Assembly (NCBI GenBank): GCA_964016885.1
Contig: OZ024740.1
Location: 242,606,001 to 242,670,000 of the forward strand
Reading direction: 5' to 3'
Source: Eledone cirrhosa
Taxonomy: Eukaryota
DNA: 64,000 bases
This document shows, in pieces, positions 24,991-38,440 of the stretch. The notes beneath the pieces were generated by a model, which was given only the letters and a program-made list of their open reading frames with translations, ran no database searches and was not told where the DNA came from. The first letter of the stretch is position 1, and each line of letters opens with the position of its first letter. Position numbers and translations under genes: made by a program.

Positions 24991-27595
24991 CATGCAACAC
25001 CACACATTGTCCAGAGGCACCATACAGCTAGCCATTCATTCTATGTTCTAAATATATTTATTTTCTTCACATATGAATTAAGAATTATTACTAGATCATT
25101 GAGATATGTGAAATTTTGAAAGAACAATCAAATAAATAAATAATTAATAATTTGCTGTCAGTGGACAAAACTGCAGGCTTCGTGCAATTACATCTTCAAA
25201 CTTGCCAGAACTAATTTAATCCTTTCATGACAATTTCTTAATGTTTCAGTTAATTTTCAAAATAATATAGATTTTGAAAGGGTTTAGTAAAATAATTAAC
25301 TTTCTCATTATGAAGTTGGTTTTTGAAATACTTATTAAGAAATATGTTTTACATAAAATTCTAGTTACTGGTTTTAATTTAAATACAGACATTTTAAAAA
25401 ACAAGTCATTTTATATTATAGAACCAGAGACACTCTTGGGTAGTTCAGAATGAAAAAGTCAAACTTCCAAAATACCTCCCATAATTTATCCCACTTGCTA
25501 TTGAGCTAACAGCTACAAAAATAATCAACTTATGTGATAGTTAATTTTTAGAGGCGAATTAAAATGAAGATGTTTATTTATGTAAAATGTTTCAAATAAT
25601 AAAATAATAATGAAAAAATTACCTTTAATACAAACAGCATGTTCTGACTATTTAAAATATATATTAAAACTATAAAAGAAAGACACTTTTTGGCATACCA
25701 TTTTTATTTTGGAAAGTAATCCTTTTTTTATTCTTCTTTTTAGATGCAAGGTATTCATGTCAAACATTTAACACTGACAGTTAGCATATGCCTATCTTAT
25801 TGGAAAAGGATCTAATTAAATAAACTAAGGATGTAGTAAGATATACACATTTTTTTTGGATAGAGTATTTTACAGCTGGATGTCATTCATGCTATCAATC
25901 CCACTTTTATAGACTTCATATATCAGCAAATTAGTTACCCTTTACAACATACTGGGTGGTGAAACATTATTCTTAACTGGTGATTATTGTTTTTATTGCT
26001 GTATAATTACTGCTTCCTGTGTTTCTTAATCAGGACGTTTACTAATGTATGGTATCAGCATTACAAGTTTGGCAAAATATTGACTTCTCAATTGCTATAC
26101 CAGAGATAAAATTAAAATTAAATAGTATTTGATTACCAAGCTGTGTATTATGGTAAACTGCCAAAATTTGAGACTACATTCACCAGAAATTACACAATAG
26201 TTTTGTATTGTATTATTTGGCAGAAAAGAAAGTTTCCATCAAATATAGATTTCATAAATGAAATAACCTGACCAAAATATATAAAAATATGTGTCCCAAC
26301 AGCATATTGCATCATCAGGTAAGTATGACTACTCGCAGAAATGAGTCTTCTTTCCCCCAGTAGACTTGACTTTTAGCTATAATGAAAGATGCGCTATTGG
26401 TAGAGCTATTATGGGACTTTGTAGGAATATTTTAATGTTTTAAGTCAAACAATACAATGCTTGATGGAGTGTCTGGATGAAAGACTGTTTTCATATATAT
26501 CTTACACACACACACACATATATAAATATATATAGAGAGAGAGTCATAAGTAATGCTTTGGCTGAAAGCCAAATTATAGCTACTGTCCTGCTATAACGTT
26601 TGACAGCTCTGCTTTTCATTATTTATTTGCAAGTAAAATACATTAATTTTTAAATATACGTATTCCCCATATATTTGATGAAGTTTTTGTTTACTACGTT
26701 TCGAAATTGTGGCAAACTACAGTGTACAGATATTTCTGGAACATGAGCAAAGTTAGCTTTTACTGGCATACATTGATGTCTACATGTTTGGGCTGGTCAT
26801 TGACTACACCAATTTCACCAGCCTGAAATGAACAGCTGAAAGATTCAAGATACTTTCATTTATCTTCTGATTAACACATTTCTTAAAAAAATAAAAAATG
26901 AAATTACCCATGCATTTGACATTGGTTATTTGCCTAATAGTTTAGGATTATTTTATCTCTGACAGTAATTTTGAATGCAATGGGATTATTGGAAGAGAAT
27001 AACGTAAGACAATGTTTTCTGAAATTGCTTTTTTTTTTCTGAAGTGTTTAATTCTATGTTTTGCAATTATTATAGATTTTTTTAATTCTGAGATTATTGG
27101 TATTCTTGTCACTGTCTTCGATATCGACTTTTATATCTTTAATTATATCTTTATTTATGAAATATCCTTATTTATGTTCTTAAACTGAAACTCCAAATTA
27201 ACAACAGACTAGAACTCAACACCCAGTGGCTAACATAGACATACACAGTACAACACTTCATTACATTTCAAAAATGATACCACAATAGCTTATATCAGAA
27301 CATAGCGTATATCACATACCAACTGATCCATTCACCACTGAAAGAAAAAAACAAAACAACCACTTTCAAGTTTCATAAAAAGGCAGCTTAAGAACAACAA
27401 AATATATTCAGTACTGAACTAGCTTCATTTATTTAAAATTTGTTGAAGGAATTTTATACCAAAATATAAAAACCCATAAAGAACTGCATATTTTTAACAT
27501 TTACCTCCCAATTCACATTGTGATAGCTTTCAAACAATACACTATTTTCTATATTTTACACAATGCTTCAAGCAAACTACAAAACCCTCTTCTCC

Positions 27596-27697
<102 letters not shown>

Positions 27698-27714
27698 ACA
27701 CACACATGTATATG

Positions 27715-28865
27715 GTCTTAAAGTTAACTTGTCAAAGTATGTAGAAAGGAAAACAGGGTCCAGATCTCCTCTGGGAAATGGCCTTCCATAATGTGCAGGA
27801 AAGGAGTAGGTGGAAATTCCATCTTATGTCCCAAATGCAAGCTATGGGTACATAAGAGATGTAGTGGGATCACAGGCAGGCTAGCAAAGAATGTAGATTT
27901 TATATGCAACCGATGCTCAGGTGCAGTAAGTAGCAAGTGCCCACATACATGACATTTGCTCCTTCAAATGACCAGACAGTACTATAGAAATAGTTAACTC
28001 TTTCTGTTACCTGGGTGATGTACACAGCAGTGGAGGAGGATGTTCCGAAAGTACAGAGGAAGAACGGGATGGAGACAAAAGGTTTTTCCCTTAAAATGAA
28101 GGGCAGATTGTATGACGCATGTATACAAATAGCAATTTTACATAGTAGTAAAACCTGGGCACTGTGTGCAGAGGACCTATGAAGACTGGAAAGAAATGAA
28201 GCATGCATACTCCAATGGATGTGTAATAGTAATATACATGAACGGCAAAGTGTAAATGAACTAAGAGAGAAATTAGCTATAAGAGGAATCAGCTGCAGTA
28301 TGTTAGAGAGGAGATTGCGTTGGTATGGTCATATGATGCATATGAAGAATGACAGCGGTATATAAAGGTGCAGTACAATCAAAATTGATGGAAGTTATGG
28401 AAAACCTGGGACAAGGTGATAAAAGCTGACTTTTCGTTACTGAACCTCTCAAAGACAATGATACGGGATCAAGATCTTTGGTGTTATGCAGTAATATAGA
28501 CGACGTGCCTTCCCATGCGTACAGACTCAAACAAACACCAAGTAGGCACCTCTTAACCACTATACACCCACTCACCCACTCTTGCCAACACCACCCTTAC
28601 ACTGTGAACAAAATATATCCAGCCCACACTGTAAAGTGGTCGTGTAGGTGTCACAACAAAAAGCACCCAGCCCACACTGTAAAGTGGTTAGCATTAGGAA
28701 GGGCATCCAGCCATAGAAACCTAGCCAGAAACAGTCCTATATGAGTAAGACACCACAGTCACCTGACCCAACTTATCTCAAATGGGATGACCCATGTAAC
28801 CTATGTTAGCATGGAAAATGGACATATGTTAGGACATAAAATGATGATGATGATGATGATGATGA
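27715..28865 (+). mobile_element. 5'-truncated decayed RTE LINE (PHD finger to tail)
   Basis: Collinear with about 17385-18570; stops and frameshifts; (GAT)n tail. Confidence 0.88.
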
Positions 28866-29059
28866 TATGTATATACATACAAAACTAAGAGCAAGTGGGT
28901 ATATACATACCCATCAAATACATATTTTCTTGTAGACGATTGGATGATATACATATCTTCTGTTGAGCGTCCAATTAGATTTGAAAACCGATTAAAGATG
29001 TTTATAATTTTTTTCAATTTACAGGGAAATTTGTATTTTCTGGAATGTTTACATGCCTA

Positions 29060-29690
29060 CATCATCATCATCATCATCATCATTGTTTATTGTCCATTTT
29101 GCACGATAGCACGGGTAGGACGGACTGTCCGGTTATGAGAGATCCAGGCTGGAGGACCATGTTTTGTTTTCACAGAACTGATTTTGGCTTGGTTTCTACA
29201 GTTGGATGACCTTCCTAATGGCAACCACATCTACAGTGTGTACTGGGTGCTGTTTGTCGTGACACCATCATGACCACTTTAGAGTGTGGATTGGGCTCTT
29301 TTTATCATAACTTCTACATGACCATTTTAAGTGTTGACTGAGCGCTTTTTGTTGTGACACCTGCATGACCACTTTACAGTGTGGATTAGGCACTTTTTGT
29401 TGTGACACCTACATAACCACTTCACAGTGTCGACCGGGCACTTTTTGTCGTGGTTCCAGGATGACCCCTTCATAGTGTGGATTAGGGACTTGGGTGGGGA
29501 GGGGGGGGGGGGTGAGATGATTATAACAGGTGTATGGGAGGGGTGATAGGAGGGAAGGTGATGCATACTAGATGTATGCCTCAGCTCGTGCATATGGGAG
29601 GCAGGTTTTCTGTATTAATGTATAGTGCCAAAGATCACAGTCCTATGTCATTGCCTTAGAGAAGTGTAATTGTGCAAGGTCAGCTATATA
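29060..29690 (-). mobile_element. RTE 3' UTR with expanded ~45-nt sub-repeats
   Basis: Repeated gtgacacc...accactttacagtgtgg units; (CAT)n tail at left. Confidence 0.8.
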
Positions 29691-29691
29691 T

Positions 29692-29960
29692 TCATCATCA
29701 TCATCATCATTTTACGTCCACTTTTCTCTGTTTGCAAGGGTGGGACAGGTCCTATTCAGCACAGCATCTCTCCACTTGTCACAATCCTTCGTCATCTCCT
29801 CCGTGAACTTCAGTGATCTGAGGTCTGCTCTCACCACCTCCACCCATGTTTTTCGTGGTCTTCCTCTACTGCGTCTTCCTTCTACTGGGATTTCTTGGCA
29901 CTTCTTTACCCATCCTCCATGCGCATCACATGTCCATACCATCGCAGTCTTCTCTCCCAA
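29692..29960 (-). mobile_element. RTE subfamily 3' end with short UTR
   Basis: ORF ...GWVKKCQEIPVEGRRSRGRPRKTWVEVVRADL; tail ccttgcaa.cag.gaaaag.ggacgtaaaatgatg shared with SINE family B. Confidence 0.85.
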
Positions 29961-29967
29961 GTATATA

Positions 29968-30130
29968 TATCTATATGTATAAAACTGAGAATGTCTGTCT
30001 GTTTCCCTAAAACTCAAGAACCACCCAACCGATTTTTTTCAAACTTTACACATGTAATACTTATGATTGTATGAGTGTTTTGAGCAAAGAATATTTCGAA
30101 TTTTCAATGCCCTAGAGACCGTATTAGGCG
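29968..30130 (+). mobile_element. Possible non-autonomous Helitron 5' portion
   Basis: tctatatgtataaaa..gtctgtctg..caaccgatttttttcaaactt pattern typical of HINE-like elements. Confidence 0.35.
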
Positions 30131-30464
30131 AAAAACCGCATATTTTAGGCTTTAAATACTTTTTTACCTTTTCCTACCCCACCCCCTCTTATTTTTTCCC
30201 AATCTCATATATCTATCTTACTTTATTTTTTCATATGTTGATTTAAAACTTCACTGCTCACAAGTGTTTTTTAAGCTTCATATGTCTCCCTATTTTATCT
30301 GATGAGAACGCAGATATCATCCCATGATGATATTTGTTTTTGAAATGAGCATAATAAAATACTTGGAACTCTTTTAACCATCTTTTGATCTTATATATAT
30401 ATATATATATGTGTGTGTATCTATATATACATATATATATATAAACTATATATACATATATATA

Positions 30465-31145
30465 TGTAAACGAACTAAGGGAGAAATTAGAAATAAGAGG
30501 GATCAGATGTTGTTTACTAGAGAGAAGACTACGTTGGTATGGTCACGTGATGCGCATGAAAGACGACAGCTGTAAAAAAAGTTTAGGGCAATAAAAATAA
30601 ACGGTAGCCACGGAGTAGGCAGACCCAGAAAAACCTGGGACGACTTGATAAATTACAACCTCACACACTTACACCTCCCCAAGACAATGTCACTGGACCG
30701 AGATTTTTAGCGCTACACAGTAATAGAGAAGACCCGCCTTACCTAAGTACAAAGTGAAACCTACTACAGTCAGTAGGCACTTCTAACAAAATACCCCCCC
30801 CCCCCCCCCCCAACCACCCCATCCACACACCACCCCTTTCAATGTAAAGTTATGTTGATACTACAACATCCAGCCCGAAACAAATGAGATCATGTAGGTG
30901 TCACGACAAAAAAACACACAGTCCACGCTGTAATGTGGCCGTGTAGGTAACACGGTAAAAACCTCCCAGTTCCACACTGTAAATGTGGTTGGTGTTAGGA
31001 AGGGCATCCAGCTGTAGAAAACCCGCCAGACAGTCCTATGCGAGCAAGACAACCACTCTTGCCTCAAGTGGGAAAATTCCCGTCCAAACCTATGCGAGCG
31101 TGGAATATGGACGTTAAACGAAGATGATGATGATGATGATGATAT
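30465..31145 (+). mobile_element. RTE 3' fragment
   Basis: ELREKLEIRGIRCC..RLRWYGHVMRMKDD, then family UTR and (GAT)n. Confidence 0.88.
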
Positions 31146-31684
31146 TGATCTTTGAGAGATTGTATCTGCCAAGGGAAATTGTGCCAATTGTTAGATGGCA
31201 ACATGAAATGAGAAATATAGCTTTTAAAAAAGATATTGCAGGTAATGCCTGAAATGTAACTGAAACCAACAATAGACTAAAATAATGAAATGGTTGTAAT
31301 TGAGTGTCATTAGATGAAGTGAAGTAGATGCAGAAATCAAAAATAATTATAACGGGTAATACATATAGCTGCTGTTGTCATGGAAATTGTCAAATTTAGG
31401 AAGAAATTAGTTGACAGACGGAAATGTATGTAGAATAGGCAGATAACGTATGTAGAAAATATCAAAATGCTGTCTGTCTAGAGACAAATGTCAAGATCAA
31501 TAATTTAATTTTCATAGATGCACTACATAGAGTTTGTTTCCTTGTGATCTAAAGAGTAGGTTATTAGTACTATTAACATAATTCAATGACAATAAGTTAT
31601 TTTTGTGGTTGTTATTTAGTTTCTGGCTAAACAGACATACATTCAAAGACCAGTAACCATATTTTTTAATTCTATATATATATA

Positions 31685-32400
31685 TCACCATCATCATAAT
31701 CATTTTTATGTCCATTTTTCCACATTCGCATGGGTTGGATGTGTCCTGTTCAGCACAGCATCTCTTCACTTATTGCATTCCTTTGTCAGCTCAGTGAGTC
31801 TCAACAATTTGAGTTCAGTTCTCATCAACTTCACCTAGATCTTTCTTGGTATACCTCTTCTGTAGCTTCCTTCTACTGGGATTTCCTGGTACTTCATCAT
31901 CCATGTGCATCAAATGTCTATACCAATGCAGTTTTCTCTCTTGCACACCACTTCAAATACCTTTTAAACCCAGTTTCTCCCTCAGTTGATCCAAGCTCTA
32001 CCTTTCTCTTTGATTGACTATGTGGCTTACAAGTTTGGTTCCTACTTCTTCCAATGATTTCAGCATCTCAACAACTATCTCTGCTGTCTCACAACTTTAC
32101 CATTCTTCATCTCTTTGATTACTTCTTTGAACCTATAACTGTCAACTTCAATAACTGGTCCCTCTGCTGAGTAAGTTGGGAGTAGTCTCTCTTCTCCCAT
32201 TCATTCTTTACGTTCATCAACCTCTCATAGTAACATTTCCAGGCGTCTTTCTTTTGAACACCAGTGGTGTGTCATTTTAACACCCTTTCCTCCAACAACA
32301 TATTGATTCACACTGACACACTGCCTTACAATATGAAACACTTCATGTCTATGATCCTCATATTGCAAGACATTGGCAAACTTTCTTCAGCCTCTTTTCA
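31685..32400 (-). mobile_element. Old RTE fragments
   Basis: Tail-like ccacattcgcatgggttggatg and reverse-strand traces of RTE ORF segments. Confidence 0.6.
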
Positions 32401-33237
32401 AGCTTTGTATACCATTACTACTACCACCATCACCACTATAGAAGATACAGAAAGAGAATGAGAGAGTGTGGTAAAGATATATACAGAGGGGAAAAGCATA
32501 AAATACAGAAAGAGACAGATAGAAAAGCTTAAAATACAGAGAGAGAGACAGATAGGAATATAGAGAAAGGTATTCTGACAGCTGTGGATTCTAATGATAT
32601 TCAATATTGGTGAACTTTAAGTTGATTTATGTCTGATAAAAATTACATTTTTTGATAACTAACAACCCTAAAGCATTTTCCTTGGGACGCAGATTTCGAA
32701 AAGGAAAACCATTTTATTCTAGGACTCACCATTTTGGAGCCTTTGATACACAGATACTCATATACACACATACACATAAACACACATACACTCTCATTTA
32801 TAATATATACATATATCTATCTATATATATCTATATATATATATATACATATATCTATATATATATATACATATATCTATATATATATATATAGAAATTA
32901 TATATATATATAAATTATATTTGGGAAAACTAAACAAGATAAAGAAAAATCTACCTATTTACTTAAAATGTTCCTACTTCAGTTTCATTGCTTAAACCTC
33001 AGCACTAAGTACTGTGAAAACATCAACTCACCCAGGAACATTTTCAAATAAGAAAGAATTCATCTGAGTTTTCTGCTACCAGCGATAATTTTGGATGGAA
33101 GAATTATCATGTGACTAATGTTCTACACTAGGTGAACAATGGCTAGTGAAGGGATTGTTAGAAGAAGCAATCCGATTCAGCCAAATCTTTTACTTGACCA
33201 TAAGTGAATAATTTACTGAAAATATATATACATATAT

Positions 33238-33580
33238 GGAGGCACATGGCTTAGTGGTTAGAGCATTGGCCTTGCAATCGAAAGGTTGTGAGTTCAATTC
33301 TCAGACCGGGTGATGTGTTGTTTCCTTGAGCAAGACACTTTATTTCACATTGCTCCAGTTTACTCAGCTGTAGAAATGTGATGATAGGGACTGGGGTCCA
33401 TATCATTCCACTGCAAAGTAGTCATGGAGGTGCCACGGCAAAAAAGCACCCAGCACTCACTGTAAATGAGGTTGGTGTTAGGAAGGGCATCCAGCTGTAG
33501 AAATCAAGCCAGAATCAGTTCCCGTCCCACCCTTGGAAGCAGGGAAAAGCGGACGTAAAATGATGATGATGATCATGATG
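33238..33580 (+). mobile_element. Full-length SINE family B (tRNA head + Meta/CORE-like body + RTE tail)
   Basis: A box tggcttagtgg, B box gagttcaattc, ccttgagcaagacactttatttcacattgctccag, RTE UTR segment, (GAT)n. Confidence 0.88.
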
Positions 33581-33874
33581 AAATACTCTAGTATAGACAT
33601 ACATATGAGGGAGTCCAACCAATACCAGTACCAATTTTTGCTCAATGAAGGAATTAATAATTTTTGCTCAATGAAGGAATTAATAAAAAATCAGAGCATA
33701 ATAAAAATTATATTTGGGAAAAGTTGTCACTCTGTAGAATGCTAGTCACATTATATTTCTCCCATTTGAAATTATCACTGGTAGTGGATAACTCAGACAA
33801 ATTCTTGCTTGAAAATGTTCCCTGATGAGTTGAGGTTTTATTATGTGCTGACTAATTGATTCTTATTAATTCCT

Positions 33875-34715
33875 TCAGTGGCAGACTGTATGATGCATGC
33901 ATATGAACAGCAATGTTGCATGGTAGTGAGACCTAGGCACTGTGTGCAGAAGACTTGCATAGGCTGGAAAGAAATGAAGCTTGCATGCCCCAATGGATGT
34001 GTAATAGTAATATACGTGAACAGCAAAGCATAAGCAAACTGAGAAAGAAACTAGGCATAAGAGGAATCAAATGTTGTGTGCAAGAGAGGAGATTACATTG
34101 GTATGGACATGTGATGTGTATGAAGGATGACAGTGGCACACAATGGTGCAGAGCGCTCAAAGTCAATGAAAGCCTTGGTGTGGGAAGACCTAGGTAGACT
34201 TGGGATGAAGTAATAAAAGCTGATCTTGCCCAACTGCACCTCTCAAAGGCGACGAAGACACAGGACTGAGATCTCTGGTCTTATGCAGCAATACAGAAGA
34301 CCCGACTTCCCATGGGCCCAGGTCGAAGCTGAAGCATATATACAGTATGCCCTGCCCCACAACCACCCACTGCACCCTTCCACTGTACAGAGGTCATGTA
34401 AGTATGACAACAAAAAGTTTCCAGCCAGCCCACACTATAAAGTCATTGTGCAGGTGTCACAACAAAAACACTCAGTCCACACTGTAAAGTGGCCATGTAG
34501 GTGTCATAACAAAAAGCACCTAGTATTCACTCTAAATGAGGTTGGCATTATGAAGGACATCCAGTTATAGAAACCAAGCCCAAATCAGTTCTGTATAAGC
34601 AAGGCGTAGTCGCCTGACCTAACATTGCCCATAACAGGACAACTCATCTAACCCATGCTAGCATGGAAGAATGGACTTAAAACAGTGATAACAATGATGA
34701 TGATGATGATGATGC
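33875..34715 (+). mobile_element. RTE 3' fragment
   Basis: ORF HRLERNEACMPQWMCNSNIRE...WYGHV and family UTR/tail. Confidence 0.88.
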
Positions 34716-35276
34716 TGTGTGTGTGTTTGTATGTGTTTGTGTGTGTCCATGTCTGCATTTATAATGCTTTTAATATGTCCCATAACCTGCTGGTTCAGCA
34801 AGTAGAGTTTGATGATAAAAGTAAGTACAAGACTTTAAAACATAAATATTGAGGCTGAAACCCTTCAAAGATATGCCCCAGCATGGTCTCAATCGAATAA
34901 CTACAACAAGTAACAGAAGACAAGAAGAAACTCCTGAGAACAGACATCAACAGACATGATTAGCATTTCATGTAATATATGCAATGCAATCAATTTTAAT
35001 TTCACCATTAGATATCCATAAAAATACTAATGTCTACCACATAAGAGTTATTATCCATGGAACAAAGTAAGTGTAAATGGAGACATCTGTTTTTGTTTTT
35101 GTTTTTTAATCATCTTTCCTTTTCTAGATTGCATAGTTTGGTTGTGTTGCAAACTAACACATCATGACATATCATAGATTACATTTGTATGTTCTCACAA
35201 ACATGTCTGATTGTAGAGGATGCAATGAGAACATTAGTTAATGAATTAGACAAAATAGAAGAAGAAATAGAAGGGG

Positions 35277-35343
35277 AGAAGAAGAAGAAGAAGAAGAAGA
35301 AGAAGAAGAAGAAGAAGAAGAAGAAGAAGAAGAAGAAGAAGAA

Positions 35344-35374
<31 letters not shown>

Positions 35375-35422
35375 GAGGAGGAGGAGGAGGAGGAGGAGGA
35401 GGAGGAGGGAGAATAGGAGGAA
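35277..35422. repeat. (GAA)n(GGA)n microsatellite
   Basis: Directly visible. Confidence 0.95.
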
Positions 35423-35889
35423 GAATGACAAATTTGACCTCAGCAAAACAAAGAACAGGAACAATTTCCTCATGGCATTTGTGTGATACTCTAACAAATC
35501 TGCCAGTGAAACACACAATGCATAAACTAATAATTTCTGTATAAGATTAAAAAATATTATCATTGTTATTTTTATTTTTGTTTTGTTTTTCAGAAATAAG
35601 CCAATGATGCAGTCAGTCGTTTCAACTAATGCAGCCAGTCGTTTTACTGTTTATCCATCATGGCATTTCAATGTACCAAAGAAATACTTAGTGGTGTCCA
35701 TCAACTCCCCAAGCATCCATTCCCTCTCTAAGTTTAGCTTGTTACCATAAAGTGTGGCTGAAAAATGTTCCAGAGTCAAAAGTGAAAATCAGTTGAGAAT
35801 CAGTCAACCCATCCATCTCTAAGGATGCTGGTGTTATACATGAAGGTATTCTCTTTAGCTGATCACCATGGCTTGGAGATAATGGTAAA

Positions 35890-36245
35890 ACCTGTAATAA
35901 TGTTTCTTCAAATCATTTCATTCTATTTCCAAAGGGATTTTAGGTAATGCTATGTCCAATATTACAATAACATTCTTTAAATCATTTCACTCTGTTTTCA
36001 AATATATATTAGATATATATCAAATATATATTAGATATATCCAGTATTAAAATAACCTTTCTTCAAATCGTTTCACTTTATTTCCAAAGGAATATTAGAT
36101 AGCACTATGCCCATTACTGAAACAACGTTTCTTGAAATTGTTTCACTTTGCTTTCAAAGAGACAGTGGGTAATGGCATATCCTGTTTAGAAATAATGATC
36201 TTTTAAACCCTGGATAATTGTACGTCTGGTATTGAAATAACATTT
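35890..36245. repeat. Degenerate ~70-bp minisatellite (about 5 units)
   Basis: Recurrent aataa..tttcttcaaatc.tttcact..tttccaaag....tag.taat motif. Confidence 0.65.
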
Positions 36246-36282
36246 CAGAAATATATCTGATGCTTAAATCATAATGGTTTCT

Positions 36283-36474
36283 TTAACCCTTCAGCATTTG
36301 CATTACTTCATATTTACTATTGTATTTTCACGTAAAGGCTTTACCTCACATAATTATCTCACATAATATTGAATACCTTAACATCAGTATGAGTGACCGG
36401 ATACAGCTGATTTGAACAGAAAGAAGTGAGAGAATTCTGGCTGGATACGACCGGTTTAAATGCTAAAAGGTTAA
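36283..36474. mobile_element. piggyBac-like MITE
   Basis: TTAA-cccttcagcattt ... aaatgctaaaagg-TTAA: imperfect TIRs with TTAA at both ends. Confidence 0.65.
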
Positions 36475-37129
36475 AAGGTACACATTTTGGAGTGAGGGAA
36501 TACTCAATTAAACCCATACCACTCAGCTGAAAAGTTCATAGACTGACTATGAAGGATTGATGCCAGAGCTGTGAAATCTTGCATACATTCATTTCAACTC
36601 TTCTTACTAATAACTGCATTGTTTTTTTCCAGGGATAATGTTGAAAAATAAACCTCATTTGGTCATTCTATAAGAATATCCTGGTCAGCCTATGAACTTT
36701 TCAGCCAACCCTCATATCTTATTTACCTTAGAAGGGGGAAAGGTAAAGTTAGCTCAAGTGGGACATGAATTCAGAATGTAAAACAACATAACAACATTGT
36801 TTTCTAATTTAAGCACAAGGATGAAAGGTAAAGTTGACTTTGGCAGAACATAAAATGGCAGAACAGATACTGCTAAGCATTTGTCCAGTGCTCTAATGAC
36901 TGCCAATCTACCACCTAACATAACTAAATATTACAAGACATTTCACCTGATCTTCTATCCATTCTGTCAACACATCACTTTTGATGGTTACATTTTTCAC
37001 TAATGTTATTTTCTGGTTGAGCATTAGAGCACAAATATATATAACTTCCTTTCCTCTTTCCAATATAAAGCGTGAAACTAATAAGACTTTTTGTATCTCT
37101 GTTGTCTCCTTGAACTATATATATATATA

Positions 37130-37370
37130 TGTCATGACAAAAAAACACACAGTCCACGCTGTAATGTGGCCGTCTAGGTAACACGGTAAAAACCTCCCAG
37201 TCCACACTGTAAACATGGTTGGTGTTAGGAAGGGCATCCAGCCATAGAAAACCTGTCAGACAGTCCTATATGAGCAAGACAACCAATCTTGCCTCAAGTG
37301 AGACAATTTCCATCTAAACCCATGCTAGCATGGAAGATAGACATTAAACGATGATGATGATCATGATGAT
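37130..37370 (+). mobile_element. RTE 3' tail fragment
   Basis: Near-identical to 30900-31140. Confidence 0.85.
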
Positions 37371-37387
37371 ATATATATATATATATA

Positions 37388-38440
37388 TCATCATCATCAT
37401 CATCACCATTTTATGTCCGTTCTTCCACACTAGCATGGGTTAGACGGGTTGTCCTGTTGTGGGCAGTGTCCGGTTGGCTGACCTTGTCTTGCTCATACAG
37501 GAACTGATTCTGGCTTGATTTCTACAGCTGGATGCCCGTCCTAACACCAACCTCATTTACAGTGAGTGCTGGGTGCTTTTTTCCGTGGTGCCTACACGTC
37601 CACTTGACAGTGTGGGCTGTGTGCTTTTTTGCCGTGGCACCTCCACGACCACTTTGCAGTGGGAGGGTGTGAGGGCATATTGTCTATATGCTTCAGCTTC
37701 GACTTGTACCTGTGGGCGTCGGGTCTTATGTATTACTGCATGACACCAGAGTTCACGGTCGTGTGTCATCGCCTTTGAGAAGTGTAATTGGGTAAGGTCG
37801 GCTTTTATCACCTCATCCCAGGTCATCTTAGGTCTCCCCACTCTGCGGTTTCCATCAACTTCTAGTGCTCTGCACCTTTTTATGCAGCTGTCATCCTTCA
37901 TACGCATCAAATGTCCATACCAATGCAACCGCCTCTCCTGCACACAGCATTTGATTCCTCTTATGCTCAGTCTCTCTCTCAATTCATTTATGCTTTGTCA
38001 TTCGCGTATATTACTATTACACATCCATCAGAGCATGCAGGCTTCGTTTCTCTCTAATCTACGTAAGTCTTCCACCTTCAGCGCCCAGGTCTCACTACCA
38101 TGTAACATTGCTGTCCGTATACACGCATCATACAGTCTGCCTTTCATTTTGAGGGAAAAGCCTTTTGCAGCTAGCAGTGGCAGTAGCTCCCTGAACTTCT
38201 TCCATCCCGTTCTTACCCTAGTTATTTTACTTTCCGAACACCCATCTCTGCTGCTAATTCAGTCACCTAGGTAACAGAAGCTGTCTACTGTTTCTACAGA
38301 GCCCTCTCAGAGTTTGGTGGCACTTGTTTCCTGTGGCTGTTTGCTGCTTGCTGTCCCAGCACAGCTGCTGCATGTGAAGCCTACATTCTTAGTTAAGCTT
38401 CCTGAGATCCCGCTACATTTCTTGTGTACCCATTGTTTCC
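37388..38440 (-). mobile_element. RTE LINE 3' ~1 kb, close relative of the 16-18.5 kb copy
   Basis: ORF MRERLSIRGIKCCVQERRLHWYGHLMRMKDDSCIKRCRALEVDG; collinear with about 17520-18570. Confidence 0.92.

Noticed and set aside
33238-33310. tRNA gene-like sequences (also at 15429, 20217, 42855)
   Set aside because: These are SINE heads followed by SINE bodies and tails, and they lack a clean cloverleaf.
35128-35750. Plus-strand acceptor-like sites (ttttctag at ~35128, ttttcag at ~35593)
   Set aside because: The first is closed in all frames, and the second gives an unrecognisable short frame with no supporting partner exon.
35890-36245. Regularly spaced repeats superficially like a CRISPR array (also 29220-29490)
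   Set aside because: The units are degenerate tandem repeats without unique spacers, there are no cas genes, and the context is eukaryotic.
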